47,534 nucleotides of DNA from contig JAPLKR010000025.1 of assembly GCA_026387965.1 (NCBI GenBank), positions 1 to 47,534 on the forward strand, given 5' to 3'. The position numbers and the translations under genes were made by a program. Shown here piece after piece: positions 1 to 8,798 of the stretch. Origin of the DNA: Fusobacteriota bacterium (GTDB taxonomy: Bacteria; Fusobacteriota; Fusobacteriia; JAPLKR01). The notes below the pieces were generated by a model. That model had not been told where the DNA came from, made no database searches, and worked only from the letters and a program-made list of their open reading frames with translations. Numbering within the stretch: the first letter of the stretch is position 1; the number at the start of each line of letters is the position of its first letter.

Positions 1-386
1 ACAGAACTGCTTCGTATACCCCCCAAGATAGTTCTCAAGCTACTTTCTGTGGGTATATTGAAAAAGAGCACCAACATATTAACTTTATGCATTCCACTAA
101 AAAAATTCAAAATATTGTCAGAACTTTCTCGCCCGCTCCAGGGGCATTTGTATTTTTAAATGGAAAGAGAGTTAAAATTTTCTCAGTACAAGAGTGCTGC
201 GAAAGTTCACATTTAGAGGGAGTCCCTGGGACTGTCACTGGTATTGCACCTAAACTTGGATATATTGTGAAAACGGGTTCCTCAAGCGTTATTTTAACAA
301 CTCTGCAACCTGAAAATAAAAAAATCATTTCAGGAATTGACTCTTTAAATGGCAATCTTTTTTTTATAGGTGAACATTTTAGTTAA
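1..386 (+). CDS. fmt: methionyl-tRNA formyltransferase, C-terminal part (5' end outside window)
   Basis: The frame is open from the window edge to TAA 384-386. The translation (..QATFCGYIEKEHQHINF..IQNIVRTFSPAPGAFVFLNGKRVKIFS..LQPENKKIISG..) resembles the Fmt C-terminal domain. Recognised from memory of the family, not from a search. Confidence 0.6.
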   Translation, partial: RTASYTPQDSSQATFCGYIEKEHQHINFMHSTKKIQNIVRTFSPAPGAFVFLNGKRVKIFSVQECCESSHLEGVPGTVTGIAPKLGYIVKTGSSSVILTTLQPENKKIISGIDSLNGNLFFIGEHFS

Positions 387-399
387 CTTATATTATTAT

Positions 400-427
400 T
401 TGATTTCAAAATTTATTTAGCTATAAA
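400..427 (+). promoter_or_regulatory. candidate sigma70-type promoter for folD (TTGATT-16 nt-TATAAA)
   Basis: Hexamers read directly at 400-405 and 422-427, about 55 nt upstream of the folD start. AT-rich background makes chance matches likely. Confidence 0.3.
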
Positions 428-480
428 TTCTCACACTAATCTTAATACTATAGCGTTTTGCGTATTTTAAAGGAGGATTC

Positions 481-1326
481 TTGACAATAAAGCTCGATGG
501 AAAATCTGTGTCAGAAAATATTTTTACTAAACTTAAATCCCATATAGCCTTGCTTGCTTCAAAGCCCACATTAGCGGTCATCATTGTCGGTACTAATGCT
601 GCCTCTCAAGTCTATGTGAAAAATAAAATCAAAGCGTGTGAAAAAATTGGTATTATTTCCAACCATATTCATTTAGATGCAAGTGTTTCGCAAAACGACC
701 TCCTTCAAATGATTGAATCTCTAAATGCAGATCACACAATTAATGGAATACTCATCCAGCTACCTCTTCCTTCACACATCAGTGAAAAGAAAATTATTCA
801 AGCGATACATCCAAAAAAAGATGTTGATGGATTTCATTATTCCAATATTGGAGCTCTCTCGATAGGGCTACCTAAATTCATCTCTTGCACACCTCTGGGA
901 ATTTTAACACTACTTCAGCACTACTCTATCGAAATATCTCAAAAGCATGTTGTAATTGTTGGACGAAGTAATATTGTTGGTAAACCGCTTGCTATGCTTC
1001 TGACCAATCACGACGCAACAGTTACATTGTGTCACTCTAAAACGCCTTCATTAGAAAATTTCACTACCCAAGCAGATATACTCATCTCTTGTGTTGGTAA
1101 ACCAAATTTTATCACTCTGTCAATGGTAAAAGAGGGGGCCGTTGTTGTAGATGTTGGTATCAATCGCCTTGATAATGGTACTCTAGTAGGGGATGTTTCT
1201 TACGAAACAGTTTCCAAACTGGCAAGTTTTATTACCCCTGTACCTGGTGGGGTGGGTCCAATGACCATCGCATCATTGATGGAAAACACCCTTAAAGCTT
1301 ATAAAATACAAACCCCTTGCATGTAG
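481..1326 (+). CDS. folD: bifunctional methylenetetrahydrofolate dehydrogenase / methenyltetrahydrofolate cyclohydrolase
   Basis: TTG start just after AGGAGG (471-476). 281 aa. Hallmark FolD segments: MTIKLDGKSVS, NGILIQLPLP, VVIVGRSNIVGKPLAMLL, ATVTLCHSKT, PVPGGVGPMT. Confidence 0.93.
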   Translation: MTIKLDGKSVSENIFTKLKSHIALLASKPTLAVIIVGTNAASQVYVKNKIKACEKIGIISNHIHLDASVSQNDLLQMIESLNADHTINGILIQLPLPSHISEKKIIQAIHPKKDVDGFHYSNIGALSIGLPKFISCTPLGILTLLQHYSIEISQKHVVIVGRSNIVGKPLAMLLTNHDATVTLCHSKTPSLENFTTQADILISCVGKPNFITLSMVKEGAVVVDVGINRLDNGTLVGDVSYETVSKLASFITPVPGGVGPMTIASLMENTLKAYKIQTPCM

Positions 1327-1337
1327 CAAGGGGTTTG
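1309..1337. terminator. bidirectional hairpin between convergent folD and the OMP gene
   Basis: Perfect 12-bp stem CAAACCCCTTGC / GCAAGGGGTTTG with loop ATGTA. The folD stop codon (1324-1326) spans the loop and the first base of the 3' arm. A T-rich tract follows on the minus strand. Confidence 0.6.
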
Positions 1338-1339
1338 TA

Positions 1340-1984
1340 TTAGAATGTGTATCCGAGTTGTAGGCCAGTAGTGAATATGTTTGTGGTGTCATTCGATGTG
1401 TTGTTATTGAAACTCAGGTGGTCTGTTAATTGATAGTAGTTTGCATCGAGTTCTGCATAAAAATTATTAGTGATATATATGCCAGCCCCTACGCCTAAGT
1501 ATAATCCTGGATCAATTGTTTCACTCGTATTAAACCACCCATCAGCATTTGAAAAACGGCTAATATTCATACCTATTCTTCCTAATACAAACGGAGTCAT
1601 CGAGCTCCCTTGAAATTCGTATTTATCTTCAAAATATATAGGAATTGATGTTAGTGAATTAAGGGAACTTCTAGAAAAATATGCTTCTTCAAAAATTTTA
1701 TATGCATTCGTAGGAGAAGCATTAAGAGTAGCTACACCTAATCCAATTCCCATCTCATTATTGTTTGCCACTCCATAAAGTAGTGCTGCATTCAGGACAT
1801 ATCCTGCGCTCACTGAATTGTTCCTGTTCATGTCCAAGCCATTGTTGAATCCTGATTCACTGTAACTAACAGGAATATTAATGCCACCACTTAAATCTGT
1901 ATGAAAGCCACCCTGAACGATACTACAAAAGGCAAATTGTGCTCCTACGACAGTTAACGCCCCTACTAATAATATTTTCTTCAT
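1340..1984 (-). CDS. small outer-membrane beta-barrel protein (paralog A)
   Basis: Signal peptide MKKILLVGALTVVGAQFAF. Alternating hydrophobic/Gly-rich beta-strand pattern. C-terminal beta-signal ..GLQLGYTF with terminal Phe. ATG at 1984 (GGAG 10 nt upstream) is preferred over GTG at 1993. Confidence 0.75.
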   Translation of the reverse strand: MKKILLVGALTVVGAQFAFCSIVQGGFHTDLSGGINIPVSYSESGFNNGLDMNRNNSVSAGYVLNAALLYGVANNNEMGIGLGVATLNASPTNAYKIFEEAYFSRSSLNSLTSIPIYFEDKYEFQGSSMTPFVLGRIGMNISRFSNADGWFNTSETIDPGLYLGVGAGIYITNNFYAELDANYYQLTDHLSFNNNTSNDTTNIFTTGLQLGYTF

Positions 1985-2126
1985 CTTTTCCACTCCACTT
2001 TTTTAATATTTTTTTTATATCGTTATATTAACTATCATTATATGTGATTTGTCTATATTTGTCAAATTGTTACTCAAACAATTTTCGAAAATTTTAACAC
2101 GTTCTACAAGTCTATCACAAAGAAAC

Positions 2127-2148
2127 CCCCTTGCAAAGTATGCAAGGG
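2127..2148 (-). terminator. rho-independent terminator downstream of OMP paralog B
   Basis: Stem CCCCTTGCA / TGCAAGGG with loop AAGTA. Followed on the minus strand by TTTCTTTGTG. Shares the CCCTTGCA/TGCAAGGG core with the hairpin at 1309-1337. Confidence 0.55.
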
Positions 2149-2155
2149 AGGGTAA

Positions 2156-2839
2156 TTAAAATGTGTATCCGAGTTGTAGGCCAGTAGTGAATATATTAAT
2201 ATTATCTGTTGTTGTAAAATTACCCACAAAAGGTCCATTGAACGTGAGGTTCGCGCTAGATTGGTAATAATTTATGTCCGCTTCTGCAAAAATATTTTGT
2301 GTAATATACGCGCCTAATCCACCACTTATATATAATCCATCTCCGTATGTTTCACTAAATGAGTCTCCATTAGAATCATATATAAAATTTTGTTTAGGAT
2401 TTGTTGAGAACGCGTACCCTGCTTTTGCAACAACAAAGGGATTCATCTGATATTTTGAAAATTCCTGCTTAAACTCCACATAAATTGGAACAATATTCAT
2501 TTGACTAGGTGTGCTAAACTGTCCAAGCGTAACACTCTTTACGGCATTATCGAATGCACTGTTCACTGTTGGGGTTAATGTTAGAACTCCAATTCCTAAT
2601 CCAATACCTGTGCCATTCGCAATTCCATATACTGAACTAACATTTAAATCAGCTCCTGTTGACATCGAGTTATATGCTTTCATATTGTTTCCATAAAAAG
2701 AAACCCCCGATTCACTATATGAGATCGGTATATTTACTCCAGCACTGACGCTTGTTTCCAATCCCCCTTGAACAATATCCGCAAATACAAATTGCGCTCC
2801 AACTGCTACCAATACACCTATCAATAATATTTTTTTCAT
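2156..2839 (-). CDS. small outer-membrane beta-barrel protein (paralog B)
   Basis: Signal peptide MKKILLIGVLVAVGAQFVFA. Same N- and C-terminal blocks as paralog A (IVQGG.., NIP.SYSESG, NIFTTGLQLGYTF). 227 aa. Confidence 0.75.
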   Translation of the reverse strand: MKKILLIGVLVAVGAQFVFADIVQGGLETSVSAGVNIPISYSESGVSFYGNNMKAYNSMSTGADLNVSSVYGIANGTGIGLGIGVLTLTPTVNSAFDNAVKSVTLGQFSTPSQMNIVPIYVEFKQEFSKYQMNPFVVAKAGYAFSTNPKQNFIYDSNGDSFSETYGDGLYISGGLGAYITQNIFAEADINYYQSSANLTFNGPFVGNFTTTDNINIFTTGLQLGYTF

Positions 2840-3153
2840 TTCTATTCTCCATATTAATTTATTTTTTTCTCAGCTATATTGTTTCATTATACACTTTATT
2901 TTCACTCTCTTCCATTATGAAATGCTCAAAATAACATTAACAAATCTTACTTATTTATATGTTTATCTCCAAATATTTCAAAAAATTTTCTCTTCTTGGG
3001 ATGATTTATCCTGAAAATTTGAATATTAACCACTTAAATACAAAAAAAAACGTCATTTGCAAGAAGTATTTTCAACTTTTTAACTATTCAATCACACTAT
3101 TTTTTGTTAAAATAGAAGTGAACATAATTCTCAATTTAAAGGAGTCTATAATT

Positions 3154-3987
3154 ATGATAAATTTTACAAAATATCATGGTCTTGGTAATGATTTTATTAT
3201 ATTAAAAGATAAATATTTGAGTGGATTTGACTACAGTGCACTTGCTAAAAAAATCTGCAACCGTCATACTGGAATTGGTGCCGATGGATTTATCGTCGGT
3301 ACTTATAACGTTCGACCTGAAATGGCTTTTTATAACTCAGATGGAAGTCGAGCTGAAATGTGTGGAAATGGAATTCGTTGCTTTGCAAAATTTTTACACG
3401 ACGAGAAAATTATGACAGAGAACCAATTTTCTATTGATACCCTAGCAGGTCCACAACTTATTAATATTCAATCGCTCTCCCCTTTCTCTGTAACAGTTAA
3501 TATGGGGAAACCAGATTTTAAACCCAAAAATATTCCAGCCAACACAAAAAATGGAAAACATAAAGAAAGAATCACCAATGTTCCCCTCATCGTAAATAAT
3601 CAAACTTTCTATATCTCATCGCTCCTTATGGGCGTTCCCCATTCTGTCGTTAGAGTCAATTCCCTGCAAGAGACGGATCTGAATCTTGTTGGAAAAGCCA
3701 TTGAATCTCATGAGTGGTTCCCTAATAGAACTAATGTTGATTTTATTGAAGTGATTACTCATAGCCATATCAAAATGCAAACTTATGAGCGTGGTGCAGG
3801 GCTTACTCTTGCATGTGGAACAGGTGCATGCGCAAGTGCAATTATGGGAAACTATTTAGGCTATCTTAATAAGGAAATCACTGTTGAACTCCCACTTGGA
3901 AACCTCGAAATTCGAATTGATAGTGATAATTCCGTATACATGACTGGACCCGCTGTGAAAATTTGCGAAGGAGTGTTTCATGAGTAA
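3154..3987 (+). CDS. dapF: diaminopimelate epimerase
   Basis: ATG 3154 preceded by AAAGGAG (3139-3145). Begins MINFTKYHGLGNDFIIL. Contains both catalytic Cys motifs (MCGNGIRC and ACGTGACA). The longer ORF from 2959 adds an implausible AT-rich leader. Confidence 0.9.
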   Translation: MINFTKYHGLGNDFIILKDKYLSGFDYSALAKKICNRHTGIGADGFIVGTYNVRPEMAFYNSDGSRAEMCGNGIRCFAKFLHDEKIMTENQFSIDTLAGPQLINIQSLSPFSVTVNMGKPDFKPKNIPANTKNGKHKERITNVPLIVNNQTFYISSLLMGVPHSVVRVNSLQETDLNLVGKAIESHEWFPNRTNVDFIEVITHSHIKMQTYERGAGLTLACGTGACASAIMGNYLGYLNKEITVELPLGNLEIRIDSDNSVYMTGPAVKICEGVFHE

Positions 3988-4981
3988 TAAGAATTCAATT
4001 GCAATTGTTGGTGCTAGCGGTATGGTTGGACGAAAGTTGCTCGAAGTATTAGAAGAAATTGACTTAAATATTGAAAGACTATACCTTTTTGCCTCAAAAA
4101 ATTCTGCGGGGGATAAGCTTACTTTTAAAGATGAAGAGATTACAATTTTAGAGCTCACTGAAGAAAATATTAAATCACGTCATATAGATTTTGCACTTTT
4201 TAGTGCTGGTGGGGCTGTAAGTTTAGAATACGCCCCCATATTTGTACGCTATGGTGCAGTTGTCATTGACAATAGCAGTACATGGAGAATGAATAGTAAT
4301 ATTCCTCTTATCGTTCCTGAAGTTAACCCTCAAGCTGTCCTCGCGCATTCTGGGATTATTTCAAATCCAAACTGTTCAACCATTCAATGTGTCCTTCCTC
4401 TTCAAGTATTAAAAAAATATGGATTGAAATCTGTTAGTTACACTACCTATCAAGCAGTTAGTGGAAGTGGTATGAAGGGAAATGCTGATCTTATACGTAC
4501 TCAAAAAGGTGAGAGTCCTACTTTTTATCCCTATTCTATCTACAATAATATCTTGCCTCAAATCGATATTTTTCTTGATAATGGCTATACAAAGGAAGAG
4601 ATGAAAATGGTTGAAGAGACAAGAAAAATTCTCGAACTTGAAGATTTAGAAATTTCTGCAACGTGTTGTCGCGTTCCTATTTCAAATTGTCACAGTGTAT
4701 CTATGCATATAGAACTTGAAAAACCTTTCAAAATTGAGGAAATCATGGAGGATATGCGTAATTTCCCAGGAATTATCTTACTCGATAACGTTTCTGAAAA
4801 AGTATATCCCCTTGCGAGTATTGCAAATAATAAAAACGAAGTATTCATTGGTAGAATTCGGAAAGATTGCTCAAATCCTAAAAAAATTCAACTTTTTTGT
4901 GTAGCGGATAACATTCGAAAAGGAGCCGCTACTAATACCATACAGATTGCAAAACTATTAATTGATAGTAAAACAACTTAA
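3980..4981 (+). CDS. asd: aspartate-semialdehyde dehydrogenase
   Basis: IAIVGASGMVGRKLLEVL N-terminus, active-site block NPNCSTI, C-terminal DNIRKGAATN. 8-nt overlap (ATGAGTAA) with dapF. Confidence 0.9.
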   Translation: MSNKNSIAIVGASGMVGRKLLEVLEEIDLNIERLYLFASKNSAGDKLTFKDEEITILELTEENIKSRHIDFALFSAGGAVSLEYAPIFVRYGAVVIDNSSTWRMNSNIPLIVPEVNPQAVLAHSGIISNPNCSTIQCVLPLQVLKKYGLKSVSYTTYQAVSGSGMKGNADLIRTQKGESPTFYPYSIYNNILPQIDIFLDNGYTKEEMKMVEETRKILELEDLEISATCCRVPISNCHSVSMHIELEKPFKIEEIMEDMRNFPGIILLDNVSEKVYPLASIANNKNEVFIGRIRKDCSNPKKIQLFCVADNIRKGAATNTIQIAKLLIDSKTT

Positions 4982-5038
4982 TATAGGATAGGATTTCACT
5001 GCTATATCCTAATACTATATTGAAAAAAGGAGATAATT

Positions 5039-5914
5039 ATGTTTAAAGGAAGCATTGTTGCACTCATTACACCCTTTACGTCAAATGGGGAAATAAATTA
5101 TCCAAAATTTTCACATCTGATCGACTATCACATACAAAATAAAACAGTGGCTATTCTTATTTTAGGAACGACAGGTGAATCCCCAACCGTCACGGATGAA
5201 GAGCGTGAAAAAATCATTAAATTTTGTGTAACTCACGCAAACAAACGTATTCCTATTATTGTAGGGACGGGATCAAACTCAACATCAATTGCCATAGAAA
5301 AAAGCATTCAAGCACAAAATCTCGGTGCAGATGCTTTACTTCTTGTAGCGCCATACTACAATAAAGGTAATTTAACGGGGATCATCAAACACTATGAAAC
5401 CATCGCTTCATCCGTAATTTTACCTTGTATTTTATATAATGTACCTGGAAGAACGGGGGCATTTATTCCCGTTAAAGCTGTGGAAGTTTTATCAAAACAC
5501 GTAAATATTATTGGGATTAAAGAAGCCAGTGGGGATTTAGGATACTCTATTAAAATAGCAAAATTCCTATCGCATACTTTTTCTATGTGGTCTGGAAATG
5601 ACGATATGGTTGTTCCACTCCTCTCCATCGGGGCCATTGGGGTTATTTCAGTGAGTGCAAATATCATTCCAGTTCAAACACAAGAAATGGTTGAAGCGTT
5701 TTTCAAAGGGGAAATTGAAAAATCTCGCGAGATTCAACTTCACTATTTAGAACTTATTAATGCGCTTTTTTCAGAAGTTAATCCAGTACCTATTAAAGAG
5801 ATTATGAATATTATGGGAATGAATGTAGGAGGCTATCGACTGCCTCTTGACCAGCCAAGTGATGATACTAAAGCAAATTTAGCCACTCTTGCAAAATCTT
5901 TTAACTTAATTTAG
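5039..5914 (+). CDS. dapA: 4-hydroxy-tetrahydrodipicolinate synthase
   Basis: GSIVALITPF, GTTGESPT, YNVPGRTG and IIGIKEASGD (Schiff-base Lys block). RBS AAAGGAG upstream. Confidence 0.92.
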   Translation: MFKGSIVALITPFTSNGEINYPKFSHLIDYHIQNKTVAILILGTTGESPTVTDEEREKIIKFCVTHANKRIPIIVGTGSNSTSIAIEKSIQAQNLGADALLLVAPYYNKGNLTGIIKHYETIASSVILPCILYNVPGRTGAFIPVKAVEVLSKHVNIIGIKEASGDLGYSIKIAKFLSHTFSMWSGNDDMVVPLLSIGAIGVISVSANIIPVQTQEMVEAFFKGEIEKSREIQLHYLELINALFSEVNPVPIKEIMNIMGMNVGGYRLPLDQPSDDTKANLATLAKSFNLI

Positions 5915-5921
5915 GAGTAGA

Positions 5922-6644
5922 ATGAATATATTACTTATTGGCTATGGAGCCATGGGAAAACGATTAGAAACCATTATTGAAACGTCAAATCATACTCTTA
6001 TAGGGATTATAACTTCTCAAACGACAAAATACCCCAATCACTTTGAAAAAGTCCTTATCCCTGACATCATCATTGATTTTTCTCACTACGCAATATTAAA
6101 TAAAACTTTAGAGTATGCAAAGCTTCATCATATTCCTCTTATTATTGCTACAACAGGCCACTCAAATGAAAACCTTGAAAAAATAAGAAGTGTTTCTCAA
6201 GCGATTCCCCTACTTTTAACAACCAATACTTCTTATGGTGTTTCAGCAATTGTGAAGCTTCTTAAAGTCGCTACCCCACTCCTCAAAAATTGGGATATTG
6301 AAATCATTGAGAAACATCATAACAAAAAAATGGATGCCCCAAGCGGTACTGCTCATACGCTTGTTGAAACTATTGAAAGTTCGAGTGGGTTTGCACACGA
6401 AAAAATCTTTGGTCGTTCAGGCTTAAGAAAACGAACCAAAAATGAAATATCTGTTCACTCTGTTCGAGGAGGAACCATCATTGGAGAGCACTCTATTCTT
6501 TTTTGTGGCCAAGATGAAGTGATTGAAATAAAGCACTCTGCACTCTCTAAAGATGTTTTTGCTTATGGTGCCCTTAAAATGGCTGAATTGTTAGTTGATA
6601 AACCATCGCAACTTTATACAATGCAAGATTTAATACAAATTTAA
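5922..6644 (+). CDS. dapB: 4-hydroxy-tetrahydrodipicolinate reductase
   Basis: IIDFSH, ATTG, EIIEKHHNKKMDAPSGTA and HSVRGGTIIGEHSILF are typical DapB blocks. 240 aa. Confidence 0.88.
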   Translation: MNILLIGYGAMGKRLETIIETSNHTLIGIITSQTTKYPNHFEKVLIPDIIIDFSHYAILNKTLEYAKLHHIPLIIATTGHSNENLEKIRSVSQAIPLLLTTNTSYGVSAIVKLLKVATPLLKNWDIEIIEKHHNKKMDAPSGTAHTLVETIESSSGFAHEKIFGRSGLRKRTKNEISVHSVRGGTIIGEHSILFCGQDEVIEIKHSALSKDVFAYGALKMAELLVDKPSQLYTMQDLIQI

Positions 6645-6659
6645 AATAGGAGTTACCAC

Positions 6660-7358
6660 ATGAATTCATATGAAATAATAAAATATATCAGTAATGCAAC
6701 GAAAGTTACCCCTGTAAAACTCTATGTGAATGGCAATATTGCCGATATAACATGGCCTAATTGTAAAGTATTTGGAAGTTGTAAAAGTAAAACTATTTTT
6801 GGAGACTGGTCAGATATCGAACCCGTATTAGAAGCTCATAAAAACAATATCACAGACTTTATCGTCGAAAACGGTTGTAGAAATTCAGCTATTCCTATGC
6901 TTGACCTTAAAAACATTAATGCGCGAATTGAACCTGGAGCTATCATACGCGAACATGTAACAATTGGTAATCAAGCGATTATAATGATGGGCGCAATTAT
7001 CAATATTGGAGCAAGTATTGGGGATAAAACCATGATTGACTTTAATGCTGTACTCGGAGGACGTGCTACTGTTGGAAACAACTGCCATATTGGGGCTGGA
7101 GCTGTCCTTGCAGGGGTAATTGAACCTCCAAGCGCCGATCCCGTTGTTGTTGAGGATAATGTACTTATAGGGGCAAATGCCGTCATTCTAGAAGGGGTTC
7201 GTATTGGTAAAAATTCAGTTGTGGCTGCAGGTGCGGTGGTAATTGAAAATGTCCCCGAAAACTGTGTCGTAGCAGGGATTCCAGCAAAAATCATTAAAAT
7301 ACGGGATCTCAAAACAGACAGTAAAACACAGCTTATCGAATCACTCAGAAATCTGTAG
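6660..7358 (+). CDS. dapH: 2,3,4,5-tetrahydropyridine-2,6-dicarboxylate N-acetyltransferase (acetylase-branch DapH type)
   Basis: 232 aa with left-handed beta-helix hexapeptide repeats ([34 protein letters not shown]..). Size and N-terminal domain match Bacillus-type DapH rather than DapD succinyltransferase. Sits in the dap operon. Confidence 0.8.
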   Translation: MNSYEIIKYISNATKVTPVKLYVNGNIADITWPNCKVFGSCKSKTIFGDWSDIEPVLEAHKNNITDFIVENGCRNSAIPMLDLKNINARIEPGAIIREHVTIGNQAIIMMGAIINIGASIGDKTMIDFNAVLGGRATVGNNCHIGAGAVLAGVIEPPSADPVVVEDNVLIGANAVILEGVRIGKNSVVAAGAVVIENVPENCVVAGIPAKIIKIRDLKTDSKTQLIESLRNL

Positions 7359-7388
7359 TGCTTCAAAATAATACTTAGAGAGGATTTT

Positions 7389-8333
7389 ATGAAAGCACTT
7401 ATTATGCCAATTGGGATCGTAATTAGTATACTTTTGGGACTACTTTTCCCAAATATTGCTACTTTTCTCACTCATAATAGTATTGATAATTTAATGATTG
7501 TCGTAATGTTTATCATCTATGGGATCAAAATTAATTTTAAAGATTTTGATTTTTCTCCAAGCCAAATTAGAATTATTATCCTTGCGATTATTCTTAATTT
7601 AATTGTTGCTCCATTCATATGTAAATTTATAGGTAGTTTTGGACTATCAACTTATTTTTTATCAGGACTACTTCTTGTGAGTCTAACGCCACCTACACTC
7701 GCGAGCAGTGTACTGTTTTCTGAAGCTTCTGGTGGAGAAGTTCCAACAAGTATTTTACTTACAGTAATACTTAACTTTGTTTCCATTATTACCATTCCCA
7801 TTATGCTTGGAATTATTATTCCCGTTAGTAAAGGGCACTCCGTTTCAATGTTTTTTATGTTTGTTACTTTAGTTGTACTGATATTAATTCCTTATGTCGC
7901 TGGTATGATATTTGCAAAAATAAAGAAACTCAAAACCCGCAATATTTTCATTAAATTTGGTCCGATGGTTGCTCTTTTTATTATCGTATTTGCAAGTTTA
8001 GGTTCATCTAAATCATCCATTTTCCAGCTTAGGATTTCAGAACTTCTTTGGTTAATTTTCATGGCTCTAATTATTAACTTAGCTTTTTTCCTCATAATTT
8101 TTCTTGTGACGAATATTCTTAAGGTTCCCACTAAAGCAAGTAAAGCACTTATCTTCAGTTGTGGAACTAAAACACTGCCGATGTCACTTATCCTAATTGG
8201 ATTAATGGCCTTTCCTAACGCTGATGCCATAGTTGCTGCAATTGTATATTATTTTACACAGCTTATTTCTGGGTCAATTGTGGCTGCTCTGCTCCATAGA
8301 TATAAGAAATTCAAAAGAATTATTCACAATTGA
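7389..8333 (+). CDS. bile acid:sodium symporter (BASS/SBF-like) family transporter
   Basis: 314 aa with about 9-10 TM helices. LTPPTLASSVLFSEASGGE resembles the SBF-like core. Substrate unknown. Confidence 0.55.
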   Translation: MKALIMPIGIVISILLGLLFPNIATFLTHNSIDNLMIVVMFIIYGIKINFKDFDFSPSQIRIIILAIILNLIVAPFICKFIGSFGLSTYFLSGLLLVSLTPPTLASSVLFSEASGGEVPTSILLTVILNFVSIITIPIMLGIIIPVSKGHSVSMFFMFVTLVVLILIPYVAGMIFAKIKKLKTRNIFIKFGPMVALFIIVFASLGSSKSSIFQLRISELLWLIFMALIINLAFFLIIFLVTNILKVPTKASKALIFSCGTKTLPMSLILIGLMAFPNADAIVAAIVYYFTQLISGSIVAALLHRYKKFKRIIHN

Positions 8334-8798
8334 AAAAGTTTAAAATTTCAATGTAACAATATGTTGTGAGATTTGTGGTGAAATTTTATAAATAACACAT
8401 TTTAGAAATTTCATGGATTTTTTTATTTATACTGGGATCTTTAATATGTTCTTTGAACTGATTGAGATTATTAACATGGCAATGCCTCTAATTCTCTTTC
8501 AGGAAAAGGAAAGAAAAACTGCTCCCATCTCTGTCCAAGTGGCTCTTTTCTAACAAAATTTATGAATAAAGTGAGTATGAATTTGTTGTATCCATTTGTT
8601 TAACGGGTAGCAATATCGAAAAAATAAGTATTGTCATTTTTAAAATAATTGTTATTACCTCTGTCATTGCTGTCGTGATTAGAATAATATATAAACCTCG
8701 TAATTGGTATCAGTGTGTTTGATGGAACAATTAAGTGGAAAGCTTACACATTATACGAATAAAAAGAAGAGTGAAAAACTTTATTTTGTGAGGAACAT

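Noticed and set aside
2959-3153. Long N-terminal extension of the dapF ORF
   Set aside because: The extension is AT-rich, hydrophobic nonsense with no similarity to DapF. A strong AAAGGAG RBS precedes ATG 3154, which gives the canonical MINFTKYHGLGNDF N-terminus.
2840-3153. Possible lysine riboswitch (L-box) upstream of the dap operon
   Set aside because: The leader is uniformly AT-rich. I could not find the conserved GC-containing helices or AGAGGnGC-type core expected of an L-box. Not testable further without a covariance model.
6971-7471. 166-aa minus-strand ORF (and 6885-7088) antisense to dapH
   Set aside because: It lies entirely opposite the hexapeptide-repeat region of a well-supported gene. 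Repeat-rich Gly/Ala/Ile codons commonly leave open antisense frames. There is no RBS or family resemblance.
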